DNA of 64,000 bases from Bacillota bacterium (GTDB lineage: Bacteria > Bacillota > Desulfotomaculia > Desulfotomaculales > Nap2-2B), in assembly GCA_040755975.1 (NCBI GenBank), contig JBFLZY010000001.1, positions 25,398 through 89,397 of the forward strand, given 5' to 3'. The translations under genes and the position numbers were made by a program. Under the pieces are notes generated by a model. It did not search any database. It was given only the letters and a program-made list of their open reading frames with translations, and was not told where the DNA came from. This document shows positions 29,920 to 41,103 of the stretch, piece after piece; the stretch's first letter is position 1; each line of letters begins with the position of its first letter.

Positions 29920-31164
29920 TCAACCGGTTGCTTCGCCGGCGACGGGCCTTTGCTCGCCGGCAAAAGCGCGGGGGCCGGAAACTATTCTGGGCCGCGCGCC
30001 GCGCGCCTGAACGAATCTGGCCATCCTCCGGAAAGCCTCCGTTAAGTCCTCCACGGAAGCGGCGTAGGAACAGCGCACAAATCCTTCTCCGCTGGCGCCA
30101 AAGGCATTGCCGGGAACAACCGCCACCTTTTCTTCCCGCAAAAGCTGCTCGGCAAATTCTTCGGAAGACAGACCGGTACCGGCGATTTGGGGAAAAGCGT
30201 AAAAAGCCCCGCCCGGCTCAAAGCAGGGCAGCCCCATGTCCCGAAAGGCGTGGATCACCAGCAGGCGGCGCCGGTTGTACTGCTGCACCATCTGCGTCAC
30301 GGCCAGCCGCCCGTTTTTGAGCGCTTCCAGGGCGGCCATCTGCGCGGTAATCGGGGCGCAGAGCATCGTGTACTGGTGAATTTTGGTCATGGCGGCGATA
30401 AAGTCCGGGTTCCCGGCCGCGTAGCCAATCCGCCACCCCGTCATGGCGTAGGCCTTGGAAAATCCGTTCAGCAAAACGGTCCGCTCGCGCATCCCGGGCA
30501 GGGCGGCCAGGCAGGTATGTTCCCCAAGGTAGGTCAGCCGGCTGTAAATCTCGTCGGAAATAACCAGGAGGTCGCGCGCCTTGACCACTTCGGCAATCTC
30601 CAGGAGCGTGCGCCGGTCCATGACCGCGCCGGTGGGGTTGTTCGGGTAGCACAGGATTATGATCTTCGTGCGGGGGGTGACGGCCGCTTCGATCTTCCCG
30701 GCGGTAATCCGGAAAGCCTCGTCCATCGTGGTCGGAACGGTGACGACCTTGCCGCCGGCCAGGAGAACGCACGGGGCGTAAGAAACATAAGAAGGCTCGG
30801 GAATCAAAACCTCGTCGCCGGGGCAGACCAGGGCGCGCACGGCCAGGTCCAGGCCCTCGCTGACCCCTACCGTGACAAGAATTTCATTTTTGGGATTGTA
30901 CACCACCCCGCAGGCGGCTTCCAGATCCGCGGCAATCGCCTGGCGCAACTCCAGCAGGCCGTGGTTGGACGTGTACATGGTGTAGCCTTTTTCCAGGGAA
31001 TAAATGCACGCCTCCCGGATGTGCCAGGGGGTGATGAAGTCCGGCTCGCCCACGCCCAGCGAGATTACTCCTTTGGTTTCCGTAACCAGGTCAAAAAATT
31101 TCCTTATTCCCGAGGACGGGAGAGAGCTTACCAGCGGGTTAACGTACGCGTTCCACGATTTCAT
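29920..31164 (-). CDS. class I/II PLP aminotransferase (AlaT/YugH-like)
   Basis: NPTGAV, SKAYAMTGWRIGY (PLP Lys) motifs; ATGA-coupled to the upstream Lrp-type regulator, as in alaR-alaT. Confidence 0.8.
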   Translation of the reverse strand: MKSWNAYVNPLVSSLPSSGIRKFFDLVTETKGVISLGVGEPDFITPWHIREACIYSLEKGYTMYTSNHGLLELRQAIAADLEAACGVVYNPKNEILVTVGVSEGLDLAVRALVCPGDEVLIPEPSYVSYAPCVLLAGGKVVTVPTTMDEAFRITAGKIEAAVTPRTKIIILCYPNNPTGAVMDRRTLLEIAEVVKARDLLVISDEIYSRLTYLGEHTCLAALPGMRERTVLLNGFSKAYAMTGWRIGYAAGNPDFIAAMTKIHQYTMLCAPITAQMAALEALKNGRLAVTQMVQQYNRRRLLVIHAFRDMGLPCFEPGGAFYAFPQIAGTGLSSEEFAEQLLREEKVAVVPGNAFGASGEGFVRCSYAASVEDLTEAFRRMARFVQARGARPRIVSGPRAFAGEQRPVAGEATG

Positions 31165-31640
31165 GGGGAAATCGCCAACCTCCTGTCTTTTTCGCCGTCT
31201 TCGAACATCACGCCGTCCTGCTTGTAGGTCTTGAGGATAAAATGGGTGGCCGTGCTGAGCACCCCGTCGATGGTGGCCAGCTTGGTGGCCACAAAATTAC
31301 TGATCTCCCGCATGTTTTTCCCTTCGATGAAAACCGCCAGGTCGTACGCCCCGGAAACGAGGCGCACGCTGCGCACCTCGGGAAACCGGCAGATGCGCTC
31401 GGCCACCGCGTCGTACCCTACGTCTCGCTGCGGAGCCACGCGCACTTCGATCATGGCCATCACTTTCTCGTCCCCGGCCTTTTCCCAGTTAACCAGCGCC
31501 ATGTACTTCAAAATAATTTTATTCTTCTCCAGCTCTTTAATGATCCGCCGGACCTCTTCTTTCTCCATGCCCAGCATGACGGCAACGTCGTCTGCCCCCA
31601 GGCGGGCGTCCGCCTCAAGGATTTCCAGGATTTCTTTCAC
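31161..31640 (-). CDS. Lrp/AsnC-family transcriptional regulator (AlaR/YugG-like)
   Basis: HTH plus AsnC-type ligand domain; GTG 31640 with GGAGGTG RBS just after the T-box terminator. Confidence 0.75.
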   Translation of the reverse strand: MKEILEILEADARLGADDVAVMLGMEKEEVRRIIKELEKNKIILKYMALVNWEKAGDEKVMAMIEVRVAPQRDVGYDAVAERICRFPEVRSVRLVSGAYDLAVFIEGKNMREISNFVATKLATIDGVLSTATHFILKTYKQDGVMFEDGEKDRRLAISP

Positions 31641-31661
31641 GGCGACACCTCCAATAAAAAA

Positions 31662-31982
31662 CTCCCGCCCCAAAGGGACGAGAGCAATCTTCTCGCGGTA
31701 CCACCCTATTTGGCTGCCACTTTTTTTAAAATGTGCTGCAGCCCTCTTTTACCCTGCTAACGGTGGGCAACCGGTCGACAAGGCATACTCACCCGGCGGG
31801 GTTTCCCGGCGGCTTTCCACCCCCGGCTCCGGGGCGGCCCGGATGCTGCCTTTCGCCGGGCTCGCACCTTTTCCCGGCTCGCTGCGCTGATTGCCGGCAT
31901 CCTTCTTCCCCTTCACGGCCTTTGCCTCTATCAAATTACGCTGATTGTAACACGCCCGTTTTCCGTTGTCAATATGGTTATT
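31662..31982 (-). promoter_or_regulatory. T-box riboswitch leader with its promoter and terminator
   Basis: TTGACA(31982-31977)-17-TACAAT(31959-31954); AG-bulge/distal-loop-like CAGCGAG...GGTGCGA; T-box sequence AAATAGGGTGGTACCGCGAG (core 31704-31716); terminator stem 31672-31694 plus U6. Confidence 0.8.
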
Positions 31983-31992
31983 TTTGCAAAAC

Positions 31993-33504
<1,512 letters not shown>

Positions 33505-33699
33505 TCAATCTCTGACTGGATTAAGATCCCGGAATCAAGATCGCCATTCGCCCGTCTACTATAAGATATAAAAAAAACGAAGCAAAATCAAGCTGCCCGG
33601 GGCCAAAGCCGCAAATGCCGAATGAATCAATGATGTGCCTGAAGACAACGATCAGCACGTTTACCAGCTCAAGAACAATATAATTAAGGATTTTAATCC

Positions 33700-33910
33700 T
33701 AACAAAACAAGGGCTCCTCAAAGGAACCCCCCTCCCGGCGCCTCGCGGCTTTGACCGTGCCGGTTGATCGTTAGCCGGCCGTGATCTTGCGTGGCCTCCA
33801 ACGCACGGACCTCCTGGCGGCCGCTTCCCGGATAAGTCGCCATCCTTTCCGGCTCAAACCTCTTGACCCTGTTTAAACTTGATTATAACCCGGTATCTAC
33901 GATATGTCCA
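33700..33910 (-). ncRNA. Candidate structured RNA/leader of unknown family, with its own promoter and intrinsic terminator
   Basis: TGGACA(33910-33905)-17-TATAAT(33887-33882); GC-rich nested helices; terminator stem 33711-33729 followed by UUGUUUUGUU. Confidence 0.35.
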
Positions 33911-34373
33911 CTATCTGGTATTTAAAAAGGCCGGCCGGCACGGCAATTTCCACGATACTCCCTTTTTGCTTGCCCAGAATGGCCCGGCCCACGGGCGATT
34001 CGTTAGATATTTTTTTAGCTCCGGGATCGGCCTCCGCGGAGCCAACAATAGTATACTCAAATTCGCTGCCCTTTTCGAGATCGCGCAGGGTCACCGTGGA
34101 ACCCAGGTCCACCACCTCCGTTGCCCCCGCTTCGTGGTCAATGATGCGGGCGTTCCGGAGCATCTTTTCCAGCGTCAAAATCCGGCCTTCAACGAAGGCC
34201 TGTTCATTTTTGGCATCTTCGTACTCCGAATTTTCGGAGATATCGCCAAACTCAATGGCCTGTTTGATCCGCTGCGCGATTTCGCGCCGCCGGACGGACT
34301 TGAGCATTTCCAGCTCGTCCTCCAGCTTTTTCAGGCCTGCCAGAGTAAGGGGCACCTCTTTTTCTTTTTTCAT
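33897..34373 (-). CDS. greA: transcription elongation factor GreA
   Basis: MKKEKEVPLTLAGLKKLEDELE..., ENSEYEDAK motif; ORF-track start trimmed to the ATG with a GGGGAG RBS. Confidence 0.9.
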   Translation of the reverse strand: MKKEKEVPLTLAGLKKLEDELEMLKSVRRREIAQRIKQAIEFGDISENSEYEDAKNEQAFVEGRILTLEKMLRNARIIDHEAGATEVVDLGSTVTLRDLEKGSEFEYTIVGSAEADPGAKKISNESPVGRAILGKQKGSIVEIAVPAGLFKYQIVDIS

Positions 34374-34582
34374 CCTCATCCGTCTCCCCAAATCCATACT
34401 TTTCGTCAAATATATGCCCGGCCAGCCACCGTTTATGCAAAACTTAAAGCACTGCCCTGTTGTTCTCGCTGCAGTGCCCGGAAAATCTTTTTCACAATTA
34501 TAAGGAGAACCCCTCGCTTTGTCAAGGCAAAGTTTTGCCCCAATTTTGTCCATCTGCTTGCCGGCAACTCCCGGAAAGTCTT

Positions 34583-35674
34583 TCAGCCTGCCCCTGCCGC
34601 TTTTCCGGTGCGTTGCCGGGCGCGGGTTTTGATGCGCTCGATTTCCTCAGTGCTGATGGCCCGTTCAAAGCTGCGAAAACCGGCCAGTTTAAAGCCGTGC
34701 TTCTTCGCCAGCCGGCTGATTTCCTCAACTTTTTCAAGGGCCAAATCCCGGCCCAGGGAGAAATTCTCGTAGCGTCTTTCCAAAGCCAGCACCATCGTTT
34801 CGGCCATGCAGGCGTAGGCCATCCCCGGCGGGAAACCAAAATTAAAGCCAAAATCCACTTCTCCCGGGACCGCGATGACGCCGCCCTCGATCACCAGGAC
34901 GTCGTCCCGTTCCGCAGCCACCTGCCTGCTCACGTTGCGCGGGCGCGCCACGTCGCAGACCACCGCGCCGGGCATTAAATCACGGGGGCCGATGATGGCG
35001 TCGGTAGCACTGGTCACGGCGATGACTACGTGGGCGCTGGCGAGGGCCTGCTTCACGTTGTCCGTAATTCTTGCGGACAGGCCGGTTTCGTACAGAATTT
35101 TGGCCGCCACTTCCTCCAGAGCACTCTTGTTGCGGGCCACCAGGGTCATCTGGCGCACCTCCCTGGCCAGCAAAAGCGCGCATACTTTCCCGATGGAACC
35201 GGTCGCCCCCAGAATAACCACGTGGGCCTTTTTGAGGTCGTGCCCCATTAAGCGGGCCGCTTCCTTTGCCCCCTCGATGGCCGTGGCCACCGTGTAGCTG
35301 TTCCCGGTAGTCACCGCGATCTTTAAATTTTTGGCGACGGTGATGCCCGCATCCCCCACCACCGAGCTGAAGGCGCCCAGGCCCAGGATTTTCGCCCCCA
35401 GCTTTTCCGCCACGCGGCCGGTCTGGATGAGGCGCTTGTAAACAAATTTCTGGGGCAGCGTAATCATCTGGCGGGCGGTCAGGGGGCAGGAAACAAACCA
35501 GCCCTCGGCCTCGTTATAGGGGGTCTTCACCCCGGTAATACGGGAGAGCTTCATCGGCGGCACCAGGCGAAAAATGCCCTCCACTACCCTGTCCGGAAGG
35601 CGCCGGGTGAAGGGAAATTTTCTGGCCACGTCGCGGACGTCCAGGGGATGGATGAGGAAAGCAAATTTTTCCAT
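34583..35674 (-). CDS. NAD(P)-dependent oxidoreductase of the acyl-ACP-reductase (AAR)-like family
   Basis: N-terminal FAFLIHPLD, Rossmann VVILGATGSIGK, C-terminal FSLGR...HGF pattern shared with cyanobacterial AAR as I recall it. Confidence 0.55.
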   Translation of the reverse strand: MEKFAFLIHPLDVRDVARKFPFTRRLPDRVVEGIFRLVPPMKLSRITGVKTPYNEAEGWFVSCPLTARQMITLPQKFVYKRLIQTGRVAEKLGAKILGLGAFSSVVGDAGITVAKNLKIAVTTGNSYTVATAIEGAKEAARLMGHDLKKAHVVILGATGSIGKVCALLLAREVRQMTLVARNKSALEEVAAKILYETGLSARITDNVKQALASAHVVIAVTSATDAIIGPRDLMPGAVVCDVARPRNVSRQVAAERDDVLVIEGGVIAVPGEVDFGFNFGFPPGMAYACMAETMVLALERRYENFSLGRDLALEKVEEISRLAKKHGFKLAGFRSFERAISTEEIERIKTRARQRTGKAAGAG

Positions 35675-35895
35675 GAAGGAGTCCTCCTATCAAAAATATA
35701 AGACAATCCAAAACGAGACAAGCACCAAAAAGCTGTGCACGGCTTTGTGCACACATATTTTAACAAGAGAAGCCAAAATAAGCAAGTTAGTTTCCAAAAA
35801 ACGTTTCCAAAAAAGCCGACACCATAATTATTAAGAAATACAAATCGCCAGAAAGGCCCGCCAGGCCCGCGCAAAGGCGGATGAAAGCCCATCCC

Positions 35896-36897
35896 CTACT
35901 TCCAAATGCAGGTGCCCGTCTTTTCGGCCGGCCCGGGGAGTTCGCCGCTCAGCTCCCTTAATAGTTTCTCCAACTCCTCCGCACCGGCGGCCTGGTTGAT
36001 CCTGACCCGCATTTTGGCGGCTCCGGGAGTTCCTTTCAGGTACCAGGCAGCGTGTTTGCGCATTTCCAGGACGGCCACCCTTTCCCCTTTGGTTTCGAGA
36101 AGGAGTTCGAAGTGCCTTAAAGCCACTTCTACCTTCTCCTGCAATGTGGGCGGCGCCGGCACCTCCCCGGTGGCCAGGTAATGCACCGTCTGCCGGAAAA
36201 TCCAGGGGTTGCCCAGGGCGGCGCGGCCGATCATGACCGCGTCGCACCCCGTCTCGCGCATCATTTTCAGCGCGTCCCGGGGGCTCCGGACGTCCCCGTT
36301 GCCGATCACCGGAATGCGTACCGCTTCCTTCACCGCCCGGATAATGTCCCAGTCGGCTTCTCCGCTGTAAAACTGGGAGCGCAGGCGCCCGTGCACGGTT
36401 ACCGCCGCGGCCCCCGCCTCCTCCACCAGCCGGGCCACTTCCACGGCGTTGACGGAATTCTCGTCCCACCCCTTGCGCATCTTCACCGTCACCGGCACAT
36501 TTACCCGGCTCACCACCTCCCGGACGATGCGCGCGGCCAGTTCCGGGTTTTTCATCAAGGCCGCTCCCTCCCCGTTGTTGACAATCTTCGGGGTGGGGCA
36601 GCCCATGTTGATGTCGACGATGTCCGCCCCCAGCCTTTCCGCGATTTCCGCCGCCCGGGCCATGTATTCCGGTTTGGCGCCGAAGATCTGCACGCTTAAA
36701 GGGCCGGGCTCCCCCTCGTGATTCAAGATGGTCAGCGTGCGCGGGTTGCCATATAAAAGGGCCTGGTCGCTCACCATTTCGGTGCACGCCAGGCCGCAGC
36801 CAAATTCCCTGGCGATAATCCGGTACGCCCGGTCGGTAACCCCGGCCATCGGGGCGGCGATGACGGGGTTGGCCGGCTTAATACTGCCGATCTGCAT
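35896..36897 (-). CDS. dusB: tRNA-dihydrouridine synthase
   Basis: [15 protein letters not shown] motifs, 333 aa. Confidence 0.9.
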   Translation of the reverse strand: MQIGSIKPANPVIAAPMAGVTDRAYRIIAREFGCGLACTEMVSDQALLYGNPRTLTILNHEGEPGPLSVQIFGAKPEYMARAAEIAERLGADIVDINMGCPTPKIVNNGEGAALMKNPELAARIVREVVSRVNVPVTVKMRKGWDENSVNAVEVARLVEEAGAAAVTVHGRLRSQFYSGEADWDIIRAVKEAVRIPVIGNGDVRSPRDALKMMRETGCDAVMIGRAALGNPWIFRQTVHYLATGEVPAPPTLQEKVEVALRHFELLLETKGERVAVLEMRKHAAWYLKGTPGAAKMRVRINQAAGAEELEKLLRELSGELPGPAEKTGTCIWK

Positions 36898-37684
36898 TGC
36901 GGCCGGCGCCTCCCCGGTTGCGCTCGTAGATAATCCGCAGCCCCGTTAAGGTAAGGAGCGGTTCCACGCGGTCGATGGTGCCGGCTTCCCGGGCGATCAA
37001 TTCCGCCAGCCCGCCCGTGGCGATCACCAGGGCGTGCCCCCCCATTTCTTTTTTCATCCGCCGGACGATCTCGTCCACCTGGCCGGCAAAGCCGTAAATA
37101 ATTCCGGACTGCATGCTGTGCACGGTGTTTTTCCCGATTACGGAAGGGGGCCGGACAAATTCCACCCGCGGCAGCTTGGCCGCCCGGGCAAAAAGCGCCT
37201 CAGTGGAAATCCCGATCCCCGGCGCAATGACGCCGCCCAGGTACTCCCCTTTGGCGGAAATGGCGCAAAAGGTGGTGGCCGTTCCAAAATCGACGATGAT
37301 CAAGGGCCCGCCGAAAAGCTCGTAACCCGCCACGGCGTTCACAATCCGGTCGGCGCCCACCTCTTTCGGGTTTTCGTACTTGATGGCCAGGCCCGTTTTG
37401 ATGCCGGGCCCCACGACCAACGGCTCCACGCCGAAATATTTTTGGGCCATTTGCTCCAGCGACAACATCAGCGGGGGCACCACGGAAGAAATCACCATGT
37501 CTTTAATTTCCGGCAGCGTCACTTCGACGGACCTGAGCAGATCCCGCAAAAGCATTCCGTACTCGTCCGCCGTCCGGTAAGGAAAAGTGGACAGGCGCCA
37601 GTGCTCCAGAAGTTCTTTTTCCCTGTATACCCCCAGGACAATATTGGTATTCCCCACGTCAAAAGCCACAATCACGGCAATCAC
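36878..37684 (-). CDS. coaX: type III pantothenate kinase
   Basis: [14 protein letters not shown]-terminus, ASKHA fold motifs, 268 aa. Confidence 0.9.
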   Translation of the reverse strand: MIAVIVAFDVGNTNIVLGVYREKELLEHWRLSTFPYRTADEYGMLLRDLLRSVEVTLPEIKDMVISSVVPPLMLSLEQMAQKYFGVEPLVVGPGIKTGLAIKYENPKEVGADRIVNAVAGYELFGGPLIIVDFGTATTFCAISAKGEYLGGVIAPGIGISTEALFARAAKLPRVEFVRPPSVIGKNTVHSMQSGIIYGFAGQVDEIVRRMKKEMGGHALVIATGGLAELIAREAGTIDRVEPLLTLTGLRIIYERNRGGAGRNADRQY

Positions 37685-37759
37685 CCAAAAATTTTTAAAC
37701 CCATTGTACCAAAGGGCCGTTCGTCACGCAACATTTCTTTTTCCGGCCGCGCCGGGTTT

Positions 37760-38335
37760 TCACGCGCCCGCTTTTGTCCCCCGGAGAATATCCAGCCGCC
37801 GGCAGACCACTCTCGCCAGCGCCGCGGCGGCCAGGGCTTTGAGCAAATCCAGGCCGATAAAAGGCAAAAAGCCGATCTTGATTACCTGCCACGCGGAAAA
37901 AGCCTTCCCCAGGTAAAAGTTTAAAATAAGGTAGAGATAAGGCAGGCCGCACAGGTAAATCACGGCCAAACCGCCCGTCATGGCTAAAAAATAACGGATT
38001 ATTCCCGGCTGCCCTTTTTTGGGCAAAAGCGCCCCGGTGACGTAGGCCCCTCCGATGAAGCCGAGCAAATAGCCGAAAGTAGGCTGCAGGACGTAGGCCG
38101 GCCCGCCGAAGGGCGGTTTTTCAAAAACCGGCAGGCCGATTAAGCCCAACAGCACGTACACCAGCATGGCCAGCGCCCCTACCCTTGCCCCCAGCAAGGC
38201 GCCGGTCAGCATAACCACAAAAGGCACCAGGCTGAAAGGAACCACCGGGGCCCCGAAGCGGAAAAGCGCCGCCGCCACCATCGCCAGAGCCGCAAATAAA
38301 GCCGCCAGAATCATTTCCCGGACCGTGAGTTTCAT
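37760..38335 (-). CDS. bioY: biotin transporter BioY
   Basis: Multi-TM protein starting MKLTVREMILAALFAAL with GAAGGAGGAG RBS; BirA operator upstream. Confidence 0.85.
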   Translation of the reverse strand: MKLTVREMILAALFAALAMVAAALFRFGAPVVPFSLVPFVVMLTGALLGARVGALAMLVYVLLGLIGLPVFEKPPFGGPAYVLQPTFGYLLGFIGGAYVTGALLPKKGQPGIIRYFLAMTGGLAVIYLCGLPYLYLILNFYLGKAFSAWQVIKIGFLPFIGLDLLKALAAAALARVVCRRLDILRGTKAGA

Positions 38336-38442
38336 TAACGATCTCCTCCTTCTTTCTTTCGCCAATTACTTTCCTTCGTCCGCCGCGCTCTTGCCGGCCG
38401 CCAAAAAATTCCCGGCCGGAAACCCGGACATTTTTGGCCGTA

Positions 38443-38476
38443 ATTGTTAACCCAACCTGGCAAACAAGTTAACGAT
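38443..38476. promoter_or_regulatory. BirA operator upstream of bioY
   Basis: ATTGTTAACC-N14-AGTTAACGAT inverted repeat, matching the known TGTTAAC-N14-16-GTTAACA Firmicute BirA box pattern. Confidence 0.6.
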
Positions 38477-38502
38477 TAGCCCAAAAAATAAAAACCTGAT
38501 AT

Positions 38503-39471
38503 TTAACAAGGCCGCAGGGAAACCTCCCCGGCCGTAATGCGCCTGACCGCTCCATCCGCCGTCCGCAAAATGAGATTGCCTTGTGCGTCTACATCTTCCG
38601 CCCACCCCTCCACGCTTTCTTTTAGACTGCTCACCCTTACCGGGCGATGCAGCGTTACGCACAACTCCTTCCAAAGCTTCAACACCGGGGGGAAACCCTC
38701 TTTTAACCATATTCGATAAAGGAGTTCCATTTCCTGCAAATAGGCCTGGAGTAATTTTACCCGGGAAACGGCCCGGCCCACAAACACCTTTAGCGACGTG
38801 GCCACATTTTTAATGTCCCCGGGGAAATCCTCTATATTAACATTTATGCCGGTGCCGATGATTAAATAATTGATCCGCTCCATCTCCGCGCTCATTTCGG
38901 TAAGAATGCCGCAAATTTTTTGATCGCCCAGCAAAAGATCGTTGGGCCATTTGATGCCGGGGCTCACACCGGCCGCCTGCCGCACGGCCCGGGCCACGGC
39001 CACGGCGGTCAGCATGGTCAGCGGCGGCGCCTCCACCGGATTCACGGGGGGGTAAAGAATTAAAGAACACCAGATTCCTTTTCCAAACGGCGAAAACCAC
39101 CCCCGGCCCAGCCGCCCCCGCCCCCCGGTTTGCTCCTCGGCCACCACCAGGGCGCCGTCCGGAGCTCCGGCCAGGGCCAGTTCCCGCGCCAGGACGTTGG
39201 TCGAGGGCGCCTGGGCATAATAAAAAATGCGCCGCCCGATAAATTCCGTCTTCAGCCCGGAAAGAATTTCCTGCGGGTAGAGACGGTCGGGCCCGGCGAG
39301 CAGCCGGTAGCCGGCGTGGGGCTGGGAAATAATCGCGTACCCTTCCGCGCGCAACGTCTGGATGTGCTTCCAGACCGCGGTTCGGGAAACGCCCAGATTT
39401 TTGCAGATTAACTCCCCCGAAACAAATTCGGGCTGGTGTTCCTTTAACAAAGTTAAAACCTGTTCTTTCAT
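38503..39471 (-). CDS. birA: bifunctional biotin--[acetyl-CoA-carboxylase] ligase / repressor BirA
   Basis: N-terminal wHTH (GVSRTAVWKHIQTLRAEGY), GRGRLGR biotin-loop motif; start trimmed to MKEQVL. Confidence 0.9.
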   Translation of the reverse strand: MKEQVLTLLKEHQPEFVSGELICKNLGVSRTAVWKHIQTLRAEGYAIISQPHAGYRLLAGPDRLYPQEILSGLKTEFIGRRIFYYAQAPSTNVLARELALAGAPDGALVVAEEQTGGRGRLGRGWFSPFGKGIWCSLILYPPVNPVEAPPLTMLTAVAVARAVRQAAGVSPGIKWPNDLLLGDQKICGILTEMSAEMERINYLIIGTGINVNIEDFPGDIKNVATSLKVFVGRAVSRVKLLQAYLQEMELLYRIWLKEGFPPVLKLWKELCVTLHRPVRVSSLKESVEGWAEDVDAQGNLILRTADGAVRRITAGEVSLRPC

Positions 39472-39562
39472 TACGGCATTAAACCCCAAATTCAGTGCAA
39501 AGCTGATTTGACTCTCCCGCAAGACCTTGCCCGGCGCGCCGGGTAAGGGCAACCACCTTTCG

Positions 39563-40093
39563 TCAGAGGCGTTCTGTCTCTTCATAACGGGCCAGCGCAA
39601 AAAGAAGATCCGCCGTCCTGTTGAGATATTTTAAAATGTTTTCGTTGGGCAGCTGTCCCTCCTCAAAAAGCTGGGCGGCCCTTCTTTCCGCCCGGCGCAC
39701 GACGGCCCGGGCCAGATCGATGGCGGCCGAAGCCGCCGTATCGCCCGGGATGATAAATTCCTGCGGCATCACCACCAGTTCCTCCAGTTCCTCAATCCAC
39801 CGGGTCAGCCGTTGAACCATCTCCCCGGTGACCACCGGACCTCTGAATTTATACTCGGCGTAATGTTCCGGCGGAACGGCCACTTCGGCAGCCGGGACAA
39901 ACATTTCTTTTTGAACAGCAAACAAAACGTCCCGGACTTTTTCTTTCCTGGCCAGCGCCCGCGCCAGGCCGAGCGTGGAAACGGCTTCGTCGACCGCCCC
40001 GAAAAATTCGCACCGGGAACTTGCCTTCGAGATTCGCTGGCCGTAAAGCAGGCCCGTTTCCGCCCGGTCGCCTTTTTGGTTAAAAGTCTTCAA
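39563..40093 (-). CDS. ATP:cob(I)alamin adenosyltransferase, PduO-type
   Basis: KGDRAETGLLYGQR..., FIIPG motif, 176 aa. Confidence 0.85.
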   Translation of the reverse strand: MKTFNQKGDRAETGLLYGQRISKASSRCEFFGAVDEAVSTLGLARALARKEKVRDVLFAVQKEMFVPAAEVAVPPEHYAEYKFRGPVVTGEMVQRLTRWIEELEELVVMPQEFIIPGDTAASAAIDLARAVVRRAERRAAQLFEEGQLPNENILKYLNRTADLLFALARYEETERL

Positions 40094-40235
40094 AAAAATT
40101 CACCCCTAATCCCCTTAAGTTTCCCCCTCCAGTCCTTTTTCTCTTTCTTTATCCTTATGCTGCCAGCTTTCTCCGTCAGAATAGCCCTGGCTTTTTAAAA
40201 TTTCTCTTCCGGGTTTAAAAAATCCTGCTCGCGGT

Positions 40236-40601
40236 TCAACTATCAGCAGTAACTTTGATCACGGCGTCCTTCGGCAGGGCCAGCCCGGCCGCCACCTCCA
40301 GGGCCTTTAAGATTCCGGCCGGAACCGGGCAGGCGGGATGGCGGACGTAACGCGCGGCCACCCTGTATAACCGGCCTTCGTGGGGCAACGAAAACAACTC
40401 CTGAAAGGGTTTCAAAGAAGCGATCTCCTCCGCGGCCTTTTGCCAGGACGGGCACTCCGAATCCAACCGGACTTCCACTTCTATTTCCCGGCCCTTTCCC
40501 GCGCCCTTTACAGCGGTGACCCGGGTGGTGAATCCGCAAATGCCGCATAGATCTCCGCCTTCGCCACTGGTTGAATACACCCCCGAAAAAATCGGTCCCA
40601 A
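40236..40601 (-). CDS. small Cys-containing protein of unknown function (paralogue 1)
   Basis: Shares CGF(T/S), HP.CP.P..I.K and PKD..IK motifs with 40683..41024; N-terminal start uncertain. Confidence 0.5.
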   Translation of the reverse strand: MGPIFSGVYSTSGEGGDLCGICGFTTRVTAVKGAGKGREIEVEVRLDSECPSWQKAAEEIASLKPFQELFSLPHEGRLYRVAARYVRHPACPVPAGILKALEVAAGLALPKDAVIKVTADS

Positions 40602-40682
40602 AATTACCCGGGCATAAAAACAAATCTTTTTTTGTACTTCACGTCCCCGGGGATTACCTCTCTATCGATAACCGAAGATCTC

Positions 40683-41024
40683 TTATCCACTGCGCTCGAT
40701 CTTAATGATTACGTCCTTAGGAATTGCCCCGTCCAGTTCCACCTGGATGGTTTTAATGATGGCGCAGGGGATCGGGCAGTCGGGGTGTTTGAGGCGTTTG
40801 CTGGCTACCTGATAAATTACCGAATCGATCATTTTTCCGAAAACTCCTTTGCTGCAGTCCACCAGCGCCAGGTCTTCGTTCATGCTGCGCAGATCCTGGC
40901 AGGCGCTGATGATCTGTACCTGCACTTTCATTTTTCCCACTTTATGCACCTTGATTACGCTGGTGAACCCGCAGGCCCCGGCCGTCACCCTGGCGCGTGC
41001 CAAAACTTCTCCCTCCCCTCTCAA
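40683..41024 (-). CDS. small Cys-containing protein of unknown function (paralogue 2)
   Basis: Aligns with 40236..40601 along its full length. Confidence 0.5.
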   Translation of the reverse strand: MRGEGEVLARARVTAGACGFTSVIKVHKVGKMKVQVQIISACQDLRSMNEDLALVDCSKGVFGKMIDSVIYQVASKRLKHPDCPIPCAIIKTIQVELDGAIPKDVIIKIERSG

Positions 41025-41103
41025 ACAATCTTTCTCGTAAGCCGATTATACCATAATCTCCAAAATTATAAAAAGGATTTGCTGACAACCAGGAAGAAAA
41101 AAA

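Noticed and set aside
30187-31227. Long + strand ORF (346 aa) and similar antisense ORFs at 33879..34772, 35831..36787, 37034..37924, 44557..45765, 42159..42695 and 32827..33564
   Set aside because: They lie antisense or out of frame to strongly recognisable genes (aminotransferase, greA, dusB, coaX, RACo, mtaA-like, lysS). They have Arg/Pro/Gly-rich low-complexity translations typical of shadow ORFs in G+C-rich DNA, and they lack RBSs.
33521-33721. 66-aa - strand ORF upstream of lysS
   Set aside because: It starts inside the terminator hairpin of the candidate RNA, has no RBS and has an implausible composition. The region is better explained as leader/promoter DNA.
35734-35753. TGTGCAC-N6-GTGCACA inverted repeat upstream of the AAR-like gene, considered as an operator
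   Set aside because: It is a single short palindrome with no second copy and no nearby regulator. It is noted but too weak to call.
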